Shown here: positions 12,487 to 22,721 of the stretch, piece after piece
Position numbering within the stretch: the stretch's first letter is position 1
Layout: every line of letters starts with the position of its first letter
Assembly: GCA_050251945.1 (NCBI GenBank)
Contig: JBFWLW010000018.1
Span: forward strand, 1-43,693
DNA: 43,693 nucleotides
Reading direction: 5' to 3'
Origin: Deferribacterales bacterium
GTDB taxonomy: Bacteria > Chrysiogenota > Deferribacteres > Deferribacterales > Geovibrionaceae
Translations under genes and position numbers: made by a program
Notes under the pieces: model-generated
The model's database searches: none
Seen by the model: the letters and a program-made list of their open reading frames with translations, nothing else
Told to the model about the DNA's origin: nothing

Positions 12487-13857
12487 ATGAGACATATTCT
12501 GACATTTATATTATTATTGAATTCCGCGGGGCTGTTCGCCGAAGCACACAATACCGCCGTAATCAGACAATACACGGCACACATAATTTCATGCATCCTT
12601 ATTGCTGCTGTTGTCATTGTACTATTAATGAAATATTTCTCAGAAAAAAGATCCAACAGGCTTCTTAAACAGACCAATCATGAGCTTATTGCCGCAAAGA
12701 ACGCGCTTGTGCAGTCAGAACTGCGTTTCACAACCATGGCAAACAATCTGGACGATATCATCTGGTTCACCGACGCGGAGCTTTCCCGCATGGTATACAT
12801 AAACAAATCATACGAAAGGATATACGGAAAAACGACGGAAAGTCTTTATGATAACCCTGAATCATATATTGAATGTATCCATCCGGACGACCTGCCCAAT
12901 CTGACACTGAGATACAGAAACGTAACCGTACCTAAAAATAACATAAAACACAGAGTTATCAATCAGAAAACTGGAGAGATACGCTGGGTTCTGAGCCGCT
13001 ACTCACCCATTAAAAACGATAAAGGCGAAACAGTTTTCGTGTCAGGCATAATAAGCGATATCACTCCGCTGGTTAATGCCGAAAATGAAAAAACCGTTCA
13101 GAAACAGATAATAGCACAACAGGCTAAGTTCGCGGCGCTCGGCGAGATGATAGGGGCTATTTCACACCAATGGAGACAGCCGCTCAACACGCTCTATATT
13201 TACATGCAGATGATGGAAGAGACCACAGACAAAACGGAAATTGCAAAATACGTCGGGGATTCCATGAAACTCATCGACCATATGTCTGAAACAATAGACG
13301 ATTTCCGCAATTTTTTCAAACCGGACAAACGACCGGAGCCTTTCGACGCTCCGCGCACCGTCATGCAGATACTGCGGATGCTCGCACCGCAACTTAAAAC
13401 ACAAGGCATAACGTATCGTGTGAACTGCACCTGCCGCAAGCGCTCATTCTCCTGTTCAAACGATTTTGACCCCGGCAACCCGCCGTGCAGACACCTTATA
13501 AACGGTATCGCAAACGAGTTCAAACACGCGGTGCTGAACATACTGCAAAACGCCAAAGAAGCGCTGACAGAAAAGAACAGCCCGCAAAAGGATATTTACA
13601 TTGATATGTTCGCGGATGAAGGAAAATTCACTGTAGCCGTGACAGATTCAGCGGGCGGGATAGACAAAGATTTCCTGCCTCACATTTTTGAAGCATACAC
13701 TTCCAATAAAAAAGAAGGAACCGGAATGGGGCTTTATATGACAAGAACCATTATCGAAGAAAAAACCGGTGGAAAAATACGCGCTGAAAATACTGACATA
13801 GGTGCTAAATTCACAATAGAACTGCCCTGTATCAGCGAAGGAACGCCGCAGCCCTGA
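12487..13857 (+). CDS. PAS-domain sensor histidine kinase (orphan)
   Basis: N-terminal hydrophobic segments, PAS (IHPDD), H-box GEMIGAISHQWRQPLN, N/G boxes (NA, DSAGG, GTGMGL). Confidence 0.9.
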   Translation: MRHILTFILLLNSAGLFAEAHNTAVIRQYTAHIISCILIAAVVIVLLMKYFSEKRSNRLLKQTNHELIAAKNALVQSELRFTTMANNLDDIIWFTDAELSRMVYINKSYERIYGKTTESLYDNPESYIECIHPDDLPNLTLRYRNVTVPKNNIKHRVINQKTGEIRWVLSRYSPIKNDKGETVFVSGIISDITPLVNAENEKTVQKQIIAQQAKFAALGEMIGAISHQWRQPLNTLYIYMQMMEETTDKTEIAKYVGDSMKLIDHMSETIDDFRNFFKPDKRPEPFDAPRTVMQILRMLAPQLKTQGITYRVNCTCRKRSFSCSNDFDPGNPPCRHLINGIANEFKHAVLNILQNAKEALTEKNSPQKDIYIDMFADEGKFTVAVTDSAGGIDKDFLPHIFEAYTSNKKEGTGMGLYMTRTIIEEKTGGKIRAENTDIGAKFTIELPCISEGTPQP

Positions 13858-14467
13858 CGGGTGAACCGTCGCCGTCTTTTATGTTAAGCGGGAATATCCC
13901 GATGTCAAAATCCATCCCAACAATCCTCTCAAGACCTTTCAGATTTTCACAGATAAATATATCCGCCGCAAAAAGGATACGGTGTATGTCAAGATTGAAG
14001 CAGTCAACACCGTCAACGGATATCATATCACATGCGACGCCCTTAATACCTGTAGATACAAGGAATTTTGCAGCTTCGGCATCCATCACGGGAAAGTTTT
14101 CAAAATACTTTTCATCGCCCCATAATCTATCCCATCCGCTGTGAAACACGGCTATTTTCGCATCTTTCAACGCCTGTTCATAGGGTTTCAGATAATCGGC
14201 AGTGATTACGCCTTTAACGCCTCTCACGTCTATGAGGCACCCTTTGCCGTAAAGGTCGTTCAGGTCAATCTGCGAAAGGGTCTTTTTGTTTTCAAGAACA
14301 TGCGCCGGAGCATCCATATGGGTTCCGGTATGGGAGACCATGGTGATAAGCTTTTCGGCAAACCCATGCTCGGCAACAGTGTTCGCCTGTTTCAGAACGG
14401 GTGCTTCCGTACCGGGATAAACGGGCATACCTTCCGCGATTTCGTGTGTGAGGTCAATGATTTTCAT
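13832..14467 (-). CDS. Cyclase family (kynurenine formamidase-like) metal-dependent hydrolase
   Basis: HTGTHMDAPAH motif, ENL, DGSPVRA. Confidence 0.88.
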   Translation of the reverse strand: MKIIDLTHEIAEGMPVYPGTEAPVLKQANTVAEHGFAEKLITMVSHTGTHMDAPAHVLENKKTLSQIDLNDLYGKGCLIDVRGVKGVITADYLKPYEQALKDAKIAVFHSGWDRLWGDEKYFENFPVMDAEAAKFLVSTGIKGVACDMISVDGVDCFNLDIHRILFAADIFICENLKGLERIVGMDFDIGIFPLNIKDGDGSPVRAAAFLR

Positions 14468-14510
14468 AAGCGGAGTTTAATGTGGGGAGTTAGTAAAAGT
14501 CAAGAAGAAT

Positions 14511-14586
14511 GAGACTGCCGCGTCGCTCACGCTCCTCGCAGAGACAGTTGAAAGTCTTTGCGAGGAACGCAGTGACGAAGCAATCT
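14511..14586. repeat. REP-like inverted doublet, copy 3
   Basis: GAGACTGCCGCGTC...CTCGCAGAGAC / GTCTTTGCGAGG...GACGAAGCAATCT. Confidence 0.85.
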
Positions 14587-14590
14587 ATTA

Positions 14591-15979
14591 TTACTTAGGA
14601 CCAATCATTGACTCAGGAACAACGTATTCATCAAACTGCTCTTCCGTGAGAAATCCCAGTTTGACTGCCGCCTCTTTCAGAGTGGACTTATCAGCGTGGG
14701 CGGTTTTGGCTATTTTAGCCGCCTTGTCGTATCCGATGTGCGGATTCAGCGCAGTAACCAGCATCAGAGAGTTTCTGAGGTTATGGTCGATCCTGTCCCT
14801 GTTTGCCTTGATACCCACCGCGCAATGTTCGTTGAACGACAGGATGGCATCTGAAAGCAGTTTCACCGACTGGAGAAAGTTATATATTATGACGGGCTTG
14901 AACACATTCAGCTCAAAATTGCCCTGACTCGCGGCAAAACCGATGGTTGCATCGTTGCCGAAAACCTGACATGCAACCATTGTAACAGCTTCCGCCTGTG
15001 TGGGGTTGACCTTTCCGGGCATAATTGAACTGCCCGGTTCGTTCTCCGGTATCTCAAGTTCCCCTATCCCGCATCTGGGACCTGATGCGAGCCATCGCAC
15101 GTCGTTGGCTATCTTCATCATGTTCGCCGCAAGCGCTTTCATAGCTCCGCTTGCTCCGGTGAGCGCGTCGTGGGATGTCAGCGCCTGAAATTTATTGGAT
15201 GCCGATTTGAATTTTTTGCCGGTAAATTTCGAGATCTCTTCCGCCGCCATAACAGCCAGCTTCGGATGTGCGTTAAGTCCTGTGCCGACGGCGGTTCCGC
15301 CGATTGCAAGCTCACGCACATGTTCGATACATTCGGTCAGCTGGCGTATATTAGTGTCCATCATTGCCACGTAGCCTGAAAATTCCTGTCCCAGCGTAAG
15401 GGGCGTCGCATCCTGAAGATGGGTTCTGCCTATTTTGACGATGCCTGAAAACTCATGGGATTTTGCCGCCAGCGTATCGCGCAGAACGGCTATCGCGGGA
15501 AGCAGGTCATCCTCCACAGCTATCACCGCGGCGATATGCATTGCAGTCGGGAAGGTGTCGTTTGAGCTTTGAGACATATTGACATGATCGTTGGGGTGAA
15601 TCAGTCTTTCCGTACGAAAATCACCGCCCATGATTTCAGTGGCGCGGTTGGCTATAACTTCGTTTAAATTCATATTGGTCTGTGTTCCGCTGCCTGTCTG
15701 CCATACGGAAAGAGGGAACTGCCCTTCCAGTTTTCCGGCGAGTATTTCATCACAAGCCTTTGTAACGGCTTCACATTTCTGCTCTTCAAGTTTGCCGAGA
15801 CGGTTGTTGACCACCGCCAGAGAACGTTTAAGCACTGCAAACGCGCTGATGAGGTTAACCGGCATTTTTTCCCAGCCTATTTTGAAGTTTTCAAGGCTTC
15901 TCTGTGTCTGCGCCGCCCAGTAAACATCTATCGGGACGTTGATTTCCCCCATAGTGTCCTTTTCTTTCCTGTACTGCAT
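14591..15979 (-). CDS. fumC: Class II fumarate hydratase
   Basis: [34 protein letters not shown] signature. Confidence 0.96.
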   Translation of the reverse strand: MQYRKEKDTMGEINVPIDVYWAAQTQRSLENFKIGWEKMPVNLISAFAVLKRSLAVVNNRLGKLEEQKCEAVTKACDEILAGKLEGQFPLSVWQTGSGTQTNMNLNEVIANRATEIMGGDFRTERLIHPNDHVNMSQSSNDTFPTAMHIAAVIAVEDDLLPAIAVLRDTLAAKSHEFSGIVKIGRTHLQDATPLTLGQEFSGYVAMMDTNIRQLTECIEHVRELAIGGTAVGTGLNAHPKLAVMAAEEISKFTGKKFKSASNKFQALTSHDALTGASGAMKALAANMMKIANDVRWLASGPRCGIGELEIPENEPGSSIMPGKVNPTQAEAVTMVACQVFGNDATIGFAASQGNFELNVFKPVIIYNFLQSVKLLSDAILSFNEHCAVGIKANRDRIDHNLRNSLMLVTALNPHIGYDKAAKIAKTAHADKSTLKEAAVKLGFLTEEQFDEYVVPESMIGPK

Positions 15980-16159
15980 AACTGCCCCCGGATTATTTAT
16001 ATGATTAATTATACTATATGCCTCTTTTTTCTCCAGAGAAATAGTTCATGATCGGATTTTAAAACTCCGTTCAATAAATATCCTTGTTTTTTGGGCATGT
16101 TTTGGGTAATAATATCGGGTATTTTGGTTAACATAAGGGCAAAACCGATTTACAAAACT

Positions 16160-16223
16160 GAGACTGCCGCGTCCAAAAGACAAATTACCGTCTCCGCGAG
16201 GAATACTATGACGAAGCGGTCTC
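16160..16223. repeat. REP-like inverted doublet, copy 4 (left arm internally deleted)
   Basis: GAGACTGCCGCGTC-CAAAAGAC / CGTCTCCGCGAGG...GACGAAGCGGTCTC. Confidence 0.75.
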
Positions 16224-16270
16224 ATAAGTAATTCTTTGTACTACCAATAAATATCTATTGCGAGGTGGCT

Positions 16271-17137
16271 ATGGAACTCAAAAACGCAATGCTTGAGCTG
16301 ATCCGCAGAGCTTCCACCGATCTTTCCCCCGATGTGGAAGCGGCTCTCGTACAGGCATACGACAGAGAGGACGACGGCACTCCCGCCAAAAGCGTTTTCG
16401 GAACTATCATCGAAAACGTTAAGCTGGCGCGCGAAGCTTCAACTCCCGTCTGTCAGGACACAGGTTCGGTGATCATGTACATCGACTTTCCCGTGGGACA
16501 ATCTGAAAAAGTTTACAGAGAGGCTGCCGAGGCGGCCGCTATGGAAGCTACAAAACTTCAGTATCTGCGCCCCAACGCCGTTGACCCCATCACAGGCAAA
16601 AACTCCGGCAACAACGTCGGCGTTAACGCCCCCTACCTCCACTTCCACCAGTGGGACAAGGACGAGGTAAGGGTTCGCCTTATGCTGAAAGGCGGCGGTT
16701 CAGAAAACGTCGGAGCACAGTATAAACTCCCCGATTCAGGACTCAAAGCAGGACGCGACCTGAAAGGCGTTAAAAAAGTTGTCATTGACGCTGTGAACAA
16801 AGCACAGGGTCAGGGCTGCGCACCCGGTATCATCGGCGTCGGCATAGGCGGCGACAGGGTAACATCCTATGCACTTTCCAAAGAGCAGTTCTTCCGCAAA
16901 CTGGGCGAACCCAGCACAAACCCCGATCTTGCCGCTCTGGAAAAAGAGCTTTATGAAGACCTTAACAAGCTGAACATCGGTCCCATGGGCTTCGGCGGAA
17001 AAACAACCTGCCTCGGCGTAAACATCGCCGCCCAGCACAGACACCCCGCAACTTTCTATGTTGCAATATCATACACCTGCTGGGTTTACAGAAGGAAGCA
17101 GATGATTATTAAAGGAAGCGAGGTGACCTATGATTAA
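16271..17137 (+). CDS. Fe-S hydro-lyase alpha subunit (two-subunit class I fumarate hydratase / tartrate dehydratase family)
   Basis: CQDTG, KGGGSEN, GCAPG, GPMGFGG; ATG after GAGGTG RBS (ORF track starts at GTG 16265). Confidence 0.9.
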   Translation: MELKNAMLELIRRASTDLSPDVEAALVQAYDREDDGTPAKSVFGTIIENVKLAREASTPVCQDTGSVIMYIDFPVGQSEKVYREAAEAAAMEATKLQYLRPNAVDPITGKNSGNNVGVNAPYLHFHQWDKDEVRVRLMLKGGGSENVGAQYKLPDSGLKAGRDLKGVKKVVIDAVNKAQGQGCAPGIIGVGIGGDRVTSYALSKEQFFRKLGEPSTNPDLAALEKELYEDLNKLNIGPMGFGGKTTCLGVNIAAQHRHPATFYVAISYTCWVYRRKQMIIKGSEVTYD

Positions 17138-17714
17138 GCTCACTACACCCATTTCTGAGGAAACTGCAAGATCTCTGAAAGTGGGCGACGAGGTTCTGCT
17201 TTCAGGCACCATCGTAACCGCAAGAGACGCAGCACACAAACTTATGGTGGAAGAAAAACCGGATTTCCCCCGTCCTTATATGAAAGACGGTGTAATATAC
17301 CACTGCGGACCCGTTGTTAAAAAACACGACGACGGCTCATACAGCTTCGTTGCCGCAGGACCTACAACATCAACCCGTGAAGAGCCTTATCAGGCGTCAG
17401 TCTGCGAGGAATACTCCGTCAGAGCCGTCATCGGCAAAGGCGGAATGGGTCCCAAAACTCTGGAAGGTCTGCAAAAGGTCGGCGCTGTTTACCTGCACGC
17501 TGTGGGCGGCGCAGGAACACTCATCGCCAAAAGATGCAAAAAAGTTGAAACCGTGTTCAAACTGGAAGAGTTCGGAACCCCCGAAGCCTTCTGGGTTGTT
17601 CAGGTTGAAGACTTCCCATGCGTCGTCACTATGGACAGCCACGGCGGCTCACTCCACAAAGAGATCGCCGCACAGTCCGACGAAATAGCGAAGGAATTAA
17701 TGGGGCTTAAATAA
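17130..17714 (+). CDS. Fe-S hydro-lyase beta subunit (class I fumarate hydratase)
   Basis: ARDAAH, YHCGP, GPTTS, IGKGG, MDSHG; overlaps the alpha stop. Confidence 0.9.
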   Translation: MIKLTTPISEETARSLKVGDEVLLSGTIVTARDAAHKLMVEEKPDFPRPYMKDGVIYHCGPVVKKHDDGSYSFVAAGPTTSTREEPYQASVCEEYSVRAVIGKGGMGPKTLEGLQKVGAVYLHAVGGAGTLIAKRCKKVETVFKLEEFGTPEAFWVVQVEDFPCVVTMDSHGGSLHKEIAAQSDEIAKELMGLK

Positions 17715-17726
17715 GCACCTGTTCAG

Positions 17727-17755
17727 AGCCCGCTCTAAAAAAGCGGGCTTTTTTT
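17727..17755 (+). terminator. Rho-independent terminator
   Basis: AGCCCGCT/AGCGGGCT stem followed by a T run. Confidence 0.85.
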
Positions 17756-18096
17756 CTTCACCGGTACTAATCACATCTTCCGGTACCCCGGTAAAAGCAA
17801 CGAAACGTTACCTACCATTTCTGATATGTAAATATTTTTTAATTTCGACCAAATGTGTCCGTAATCTCCTTATCTTCCCGATAATTAGTATATTGCGACA
17901 ATAAAGAAATTGTTAACAAAAGTACCTTTTTTGTCTATCAATAATAGTAGTTTTATCTGTATAATCATTGACAAACAAGGACTTTTATTAAAAAAACATT
18001 ACTTTATTATTTATAAAAGCTGTGTTATAGATGCTTTAATATTTGATGACCTGCAAGTCACAAATGTTACATTATTTACGACAAGATGAGGTTTCG

Positions 18097-20127
18097 ATGC
18101 TTAGTATGTTTCGTTTTTTAACTATCGTCACGGCTGTCTTGGCGGCTCTGCCTCTTTTTGCCGCTGACAGTAAAGCAGCAAAGCTTAAGGATGTCATGAC
18201 TGAGATATCAAAGACCAGTCCCGAGATACGGGAATCCGTCAATGTGTACGACTCGCTCATGGCAGAGCTTAAAATGGCAAAATCGGGGTACAATCCGGTC
18301 ATATCCGCATATCTCTCCGGAGGAAAGGAAATAACCGACGGTGTTGACACGGACAACAAAAGGGAAGATCTGAACGCAACAACCGCAACGGTCAGCCTTA
18401 AACAGAATATTTTCAACGGAAGCGGCACGGTAAACTATGTGCGCGAAACGGAAGCGCGTGTGATGTCCGCATCATACGACGTTCTGAACACTGCTAATCA
18501 GGTGTTTCTGTCCACAGCCGAAGCTTACATAACCGTTTTGCAGGAGAAGGAACTTCTTGATATCGCGCTGGACAACGTGACCACACAGGCGCAGATACTT
18601 GCACAGATTCAGGAAAAAACAAAATCCGGCTTCGGAAAAATATCCGATCTTACAAACTCACAGGCGAGACTGGCTCTCTCCCGCGCAAACTATATAGCAC
18701 AGCAGCAGAACCTTAAACAGGCGCTTGTAAAATTTCACCGTCAGACAGGAAGATTCCTGTCCGCTGATGAATTCACCATACCCGACATGAGCTACGCTAT
18801 GCCGCAGTCAGTCGACGAGATGGTCAATATAGCGTTCATGAACTACCCGGCCATAAACGTTTCCGATTACAACATAGTGGCGAAAAAATACGGCAAAAAA
18901 CGTGTCAACGCACAGTATTACCCTACAGTTGATTTTGAACTGAAAGCCACTCACAACGACAATACAGGCGGCGACAAAGGTTCAACCGACATCCAGTCCG
19001 CAATGTTCTCAATGAATTACAACTTTTACGACGGCGGTAAACGCGGAGCGGAAAAACAGATGCGCACTGCGGAAATGATGAAGGAATACGAAAGAAGCTA
19101 CATTGAGCGCAGAAACCTTATAGAGGCGGTAAGGCTCGCATGGAACATAAAAGAAGCGGAAGAGGCAAAAATGCCCTTTCTTAAAAACTACGTTGATCTT
19201 ACTCTCAGAACCAGAGATTCTTTCGTGGAAGAGAACAAGCTCGGGCGCAGAAGCCTTACGGAAGTTCTCAACATAGAAAACGACTACAACACATCAAAAA
19301 CAACAACAACAAAATCTAAATATACCATAATGATAGCCTATTTCAGACTGCTCCAGTCCACCGGCATTCTGATCGGGGAATATGACGACGATCTTGCAAA
19401 AAAAGTCGGTCTGCCCGACAGAATAAAGCTGAACACTCTGGAAAACTACGGAAACCTTGACCACAACAGGGACAAGGATGATACTGACGACAGAAAAGAC
19501 CAGTGTCAGCAGTCGGTTGACGGAAAAACAGCTCCTTACGGATGCGAGGGAAGCGAAGGAATAAACATAGGATACAGCGTCCCTGTGACCTTTGAACCTT
19601 ACATCAAACCCAAAGGCAGCGACGATTCCCTTGAAGCGCTCACTGCTGAAATTCCTTCAGGTACAAAAACAGTCATAACAGAAGACACGCTCGGTATGCC
19701 GGAAGCGCTGCCCGCGCCAGTGCCTGCAAAACAGGCTGCCCCTAAAGTCTTCTCAAAACGTTTACTGGATCCTTCTCAGAAAGAACAGACAATAGTCCTC
19801 TCCGGCGATTCTTTCAAGCCGGGGAGTTTTGAACTTACCGATGAAGCCACAGCTGAGATACTGCGCATAGCCAAAGAGCTTCGCGGACTTAAGGAACCGT
19901 ATATTCTCAAAATCTACGGACACACGGATAACAGTCAGACCGTCGAACAGAGCAAAGAAATGTCAAAGCTGATGGTCATGAAAGTTCATAACAGATTTTT
20001 AGAGCTGGGAATTCCGAAAAGTGCTATGCTAGGATATGGCAAGGGCAGCAGTATGCCCGTTGCACCAAATGATTCGGTACTTTCCAAAGCCAAAAACAGG
20101 CGGATTGAGCTGAAAATAATTAAATAA
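18097..20127 (+). CDS. lapE: TolC-family T1SS outer-membrane protein (LapE/AggA-like) fused to a C-terminal OmpA-like domain
   Basis: Signal peptide, two TolC repeats (GYNP, YYPT, LGRRSL), C-terminal GHTD...NRRIEL; start placed at the ATG after GAGG. Confidence 0.85.
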   Translation: MLSMFRFLTIVTAVLAALPLFAADSKAAKLKDVMTEISKTSPEIRESVNVYDSLMAELKMAKSGYNPVISAYLSGGKEITDGVDTDNKREDLNATTATVSLKQNIFNGSGTVNYVRETEARVMSASYDVLNTANQVFLSTAEAYITVLQEKELLDIALDNVTTQAQILAQIQEKTKSGFGKISDLTNSQARLALSRANYIAQQQNLKQALVKFHRQTGRFLSADEFTIPDMSYAMPQSVDEMVNIAFMNYPAINVSDYNIVAKKYGKKRVNAQYYPTVDFELKATHNDNTGGDKGSTDIQSAMFSMNYNFYDGGKRGAEKQMRTAEMMKEYERSYIERRNLIEAVRLAWNIKEAEEAKMPFLKNYVDLTLRTRDSFVEENKLGRRSLTEVLNIENDYNTSKTTTTKSKYTIMIAYFRLLQSTGILIGEYDDDLAKKVGLPDRIKLNTLENYGNLDHNRDKDDTDDRKDQCQQSVDGKTAPYGCEGSEGINIGYSVPVTFEPYIKPKGSDDSLEALTAEIPSGTKTVITEDTLGMPEALPAPVPAKQAAPKVFSKRLLDPSQKEQTIVLSGDSFKPGSFELTDEATAEILRIAKELRGLKEPYILKIYGHTDNSQTVEQSKEMSKLMVMKVHNRFLELGIPKSAMLGYGKGSSMPVAPNDSVLSKAKNRRIELKIIK

Positions 20128-20137
20128 TGTAGGTGTT

Positions 20138-20788
20138 ATGCGTTTAACAGCTTTGACGTGCGTCTTATTGACGATGCTGTTTGTTATCTCCGGCACTATC
20201 GTAGCCGCGTCAAAGTTTTATGTGCCTGATAACGTAAATTCGCAGTTTGTGAAAAAATACGGACAACAGGCGGAGATAAGACTGAATGCCCTTCTTGACC
20301 TTATGGACAGTCTGACAGATGCCACAGACGACAAAAAGGTCATAGAAGTTAACAAGTTCTTCAATCAGGTACAATATCAGACTGATATAAAGACCTGGGG
20401 ACAGAGCGATTACTGGGCAAGCAGACTTGAATTTTTAGGTGTCGGAGCGGGCGATTGCGAAGACTATGCAGTTTCAAAGTTCCTTACTCTTCTCCAGCTG
20501 GGAGTTCCGCAGGAGAAGCTGTTTCTCACTTACGTCAAGTGGAGGGACATCTCTCATATGGTTGTAACCTATTACAAAGAGCCGAACACGGTTCCCTTTG
20601 TTCTGGACAACTATGACAAGTCTATCCAGCCCGCAACAAAAAGAACGGATCTCGCACCGGTATACAGCTTCACGGCAAACGACCTCTTTCTGCAGAAGCA
20701 GCAGGGTCTTGGTAAAAGGGTCGATCCGTCGCAGTCGAAAAACCTGAACAAACTTAAAGCTATAGATCTTGAGATCATGAAGAGGTAG
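20138..20788 (+). CDS. lapG: Transglutaminase-like periplasmic cysteine protease
   Basis: Signal peptide; DYWA, GDCEDYA (Cys), HMV (His), LDN (Asp). Confidence 0.92.
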   Translation: MRLTALTCVLLTMLFVISGTIVAASKFYVPDNVNSQFVKKYGQQAEIRLNALLDLMDSLTDATDDKKVIEVNKFFNQVQYQTDIKTWGQSDYWASRLEFLGVGAGDCEDYAVSKFLTLLQLGVPQEKLFLTYVKWRDISHMVVTYYKEPNTVPFVLDNYDKSIQPATKRTDLAPVYSFTANDLFLQKQQGLGKRVDPSQSKNLNKLKAIDLEIMKR

Positions 20789-20793
20789 GACAG

Positions 20794-22719
20794 ATGACAC
20801 TTTTCAGACAGATTCAGCTTCTTATCACATCAATACTCATAGTTATGCTGGCAGTTGTGCTGAAGATTAACTTCGACAACACAAAGGAATTCATACGCAA
20901 CCAGATGTATTCCAACGCAAAGAACACGGCTAACTCCATGTCTTTGTCTTTAAGCCCCTTCACAGGCGACGCCGCTATGATGGAAACCATGATAAACGCC
21001 ATGTTCGACGGCGGATATTTTGAAGAGATACAGCTTACCGGAATGGACGGTAAAGACATATATAAAGTCAGCCAGAAACCCACCATAGAGGGTGTTCCGG
21101 CTTTTTTCGTAAAACTTGTGAACCTTGAAACGCCCGCAGCCAAAGCACAGGTGTCAAACGGATGGAACATCGCAGGCACTCTCACCGTAAAGGGTCATCC
21201 GGGGCTTTCCTACATACAGCTTTGGGACAGTTTCAAATACCTCTGCCTCTCATTTGTGGTCATAGGCGCAATAGCAGTTGCAGTAAGCCATATAATCCTC
21301 AAATTCCTTCTCTCAGCCCTTGTAAACATCCGGAAACAGGCTGTTGCAATAGGCGAGAACGAGTTCATAGTAAACAATAAGATACCCCGCACACCCGAAC
21401 TGAAACAGGTTGTAACGGCAATGAACCAGATGACCACAAAGGTTCAGTCCATTTACAACAGAGAGATAGAGACCCTGAAAAAATATCAGGAACTGCTCTA
21501 CAAAGATCAGCTGACGGGGCTTTACAACCGTAAATATTTTGTAAATAAACTTAATGAATATATAGAATCGGAATCCAGCAGCTCCGACGGCGAAATTGCC
21601 ATAATATCTTTCGAGGGCATAGACAACGCCATATCGGAAATCGGACACCCAAACATGCGCCCGTTCTACAACGCAGTGGCGAACTACATGACCGAGAACC
21701 TCTCCTCTGACGGCTGCATTACCGCATGCTTCAACAGGCAGGAATTCGCAGTCATAATGCCTGCGGCATCCACCGAACAGGCAGACGAAAAAATAGAGAA
21801 ACTCGCCGCGTGGGCAAAAGAGCTTATCGCATCCGACGGAAAGACGTCTTCACTTATCGGCGTTAAAATCGGTGTGACCGCCTACAAATATGACGAAAAC
21901 ACAGCAAAAGTGCTTTCTAAAGCGGATTACGCACTGACAGTGGCAAAAAGCCTCGACCATGGAGACATAAGCCGTTTCAATGACAGCTCGAACCAGATGG
22001 TTCTCGGCAAGCTCGAATGGAAAAACATGATAGAAACCGCTCTGGCAGAGAACAGATTCGTCCTTACATCTCAGGCGGTTAAATCTCCCACAGGCGATCT
22101 GCATCAGGAGATTTTTGTTAACCTGAAAGACGAGAACGGAAACATCCAGAGGGCGGGATTCTTCATGCCTATGGTGGTTAACCTGAACCTCGCAAACAAT
22201 CTGGACAGATATGTTCTTGAAAAATCGACAGAATATCTGACTGCAAACGACGGAAGCTCCCTTGCGATAAATATAACCGACGTATTCCTGAACGACAGGG
22301 CTTCATTCTCATGGTTCCGTCAGCTTCTGCTCGGCAGCAAGCACCTGAAAGACAGAATGACATTCGAGATATCCGATAACGCCATCAACAATAATGCCGA
22401 CATCTGTCTTGACTTCGCGGGACTTATTAAAGGTCTCGGATTCACTTTCGGGGTGGACAGATTCACCATGAGTCCCAAGTCACTTGAAAATCTGCAAAAA
22501 CTGAAACCCAACTACATCAAGATAGATTATGACTACCTCATAGGGGCGGAAGACGCCGACACGGCGCTCAACTCACTTCAGACCATAACGGAAAGCCTCG
22601 GTATAAAGCTCATCGCCACAAAAGTTGAGAATCAGGAATTGAGAAACACACTTGAAAGTAAAAATATCAAATACTTCCAAGGCAGAGGCATAGCCGAAAT
22701 AAGACCGCTGGATAAGTAA
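20794..22719 (+). CDS. lapD: LapD-type c-di-GMP receptor (periplasmic domain, HAMP, degenerate GGDEF and EAL)
   Basis: MTLFRQ...AMFDGGYF N-terminus; DQLTGLYNR; GGDEF replaced by NRQEF, EAL by EIF, DDFG by DRFT. Confidence 0.92.
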   Translation: MTLFRQIQLLITSILIVMLAVVLKINFDNTKEFIRNQMYSNAKNTANSMSLSLSPFTGDAAMMETMINAMFDGGYFEEIQLTGMDGKDIYKVSQKPTIEGVPAFFVKLVNLETPAAKAQVSNGWNIAGTLTVKGHPGLSYIQLWDSFKYLCLSFVVIGAIAVAVSHIILKFLLSALVNIRKQAVAIGENEFIVNNKIPRTPELKQVVTAMNQMTTKVQSIYNREIETLKKYQELLYKDQLTGLYNRKYFVNKLNEYIESESSSSDGEIAIISFEGIDNAISEIGHPNMRPFYNAVANYMTENLSSDGCITACFNRQEFAVIMPAASTEQADEKIEKLAAWAKELIASDGKTSSLIGVKIGVTAYKYDENTAKVLSKADYALTVAKSLDHGDISRFNDSSNQMVLGKLEWKNMIETALAENRFVLTSQAVKSPTGDLHQEIFVNLKDENGNIQRAGFFMPMVVNLNLANNLDRYVLEKSTEYLTANDGSSLAINITDVFLNDRASFSWFRQLLLGSKHLKDRMTFEISDNAINNNADICLDFAGLIKGLGFTFGVDRFTMSPKSLENLQKLKPNYIKIDYDYLIGAEDADTALNSLQTITESLGIKLIATKVENQELRNTLESKNIKYFQGRGIAEIRPLDK

Positions 22720-22721
22720 TT

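Noticed and set aside
13832..13857. 26-bp convergent overlap of kinase and cyclase genes as a regulatory device
   Set aside because: Short 3' overlaps are common and there is no further evidence.
17756..18096. c-di-GMP riboswitch upstream of the lap operon (also checked 37899-38086)
   Set aside because: No recognisable GEMM-type GCAAA/GNRA two-hairpin pattern by eye; a Rfam scan would be decisive.
18043..18096. ORF-track N-terminal extensions of lapE (likewise 26184, 37910, 39166, 41634)
   Set aside because: Downstream ATGs have better RBS spacing or operon coupling and give family-typical N-termini.
20794..22719. Active diguanylate cyclase/phosphodiesterase
   Set aside because: GGDEF, EAL and DDFG catalytic motifs are all degenerate, fitting a receptor.
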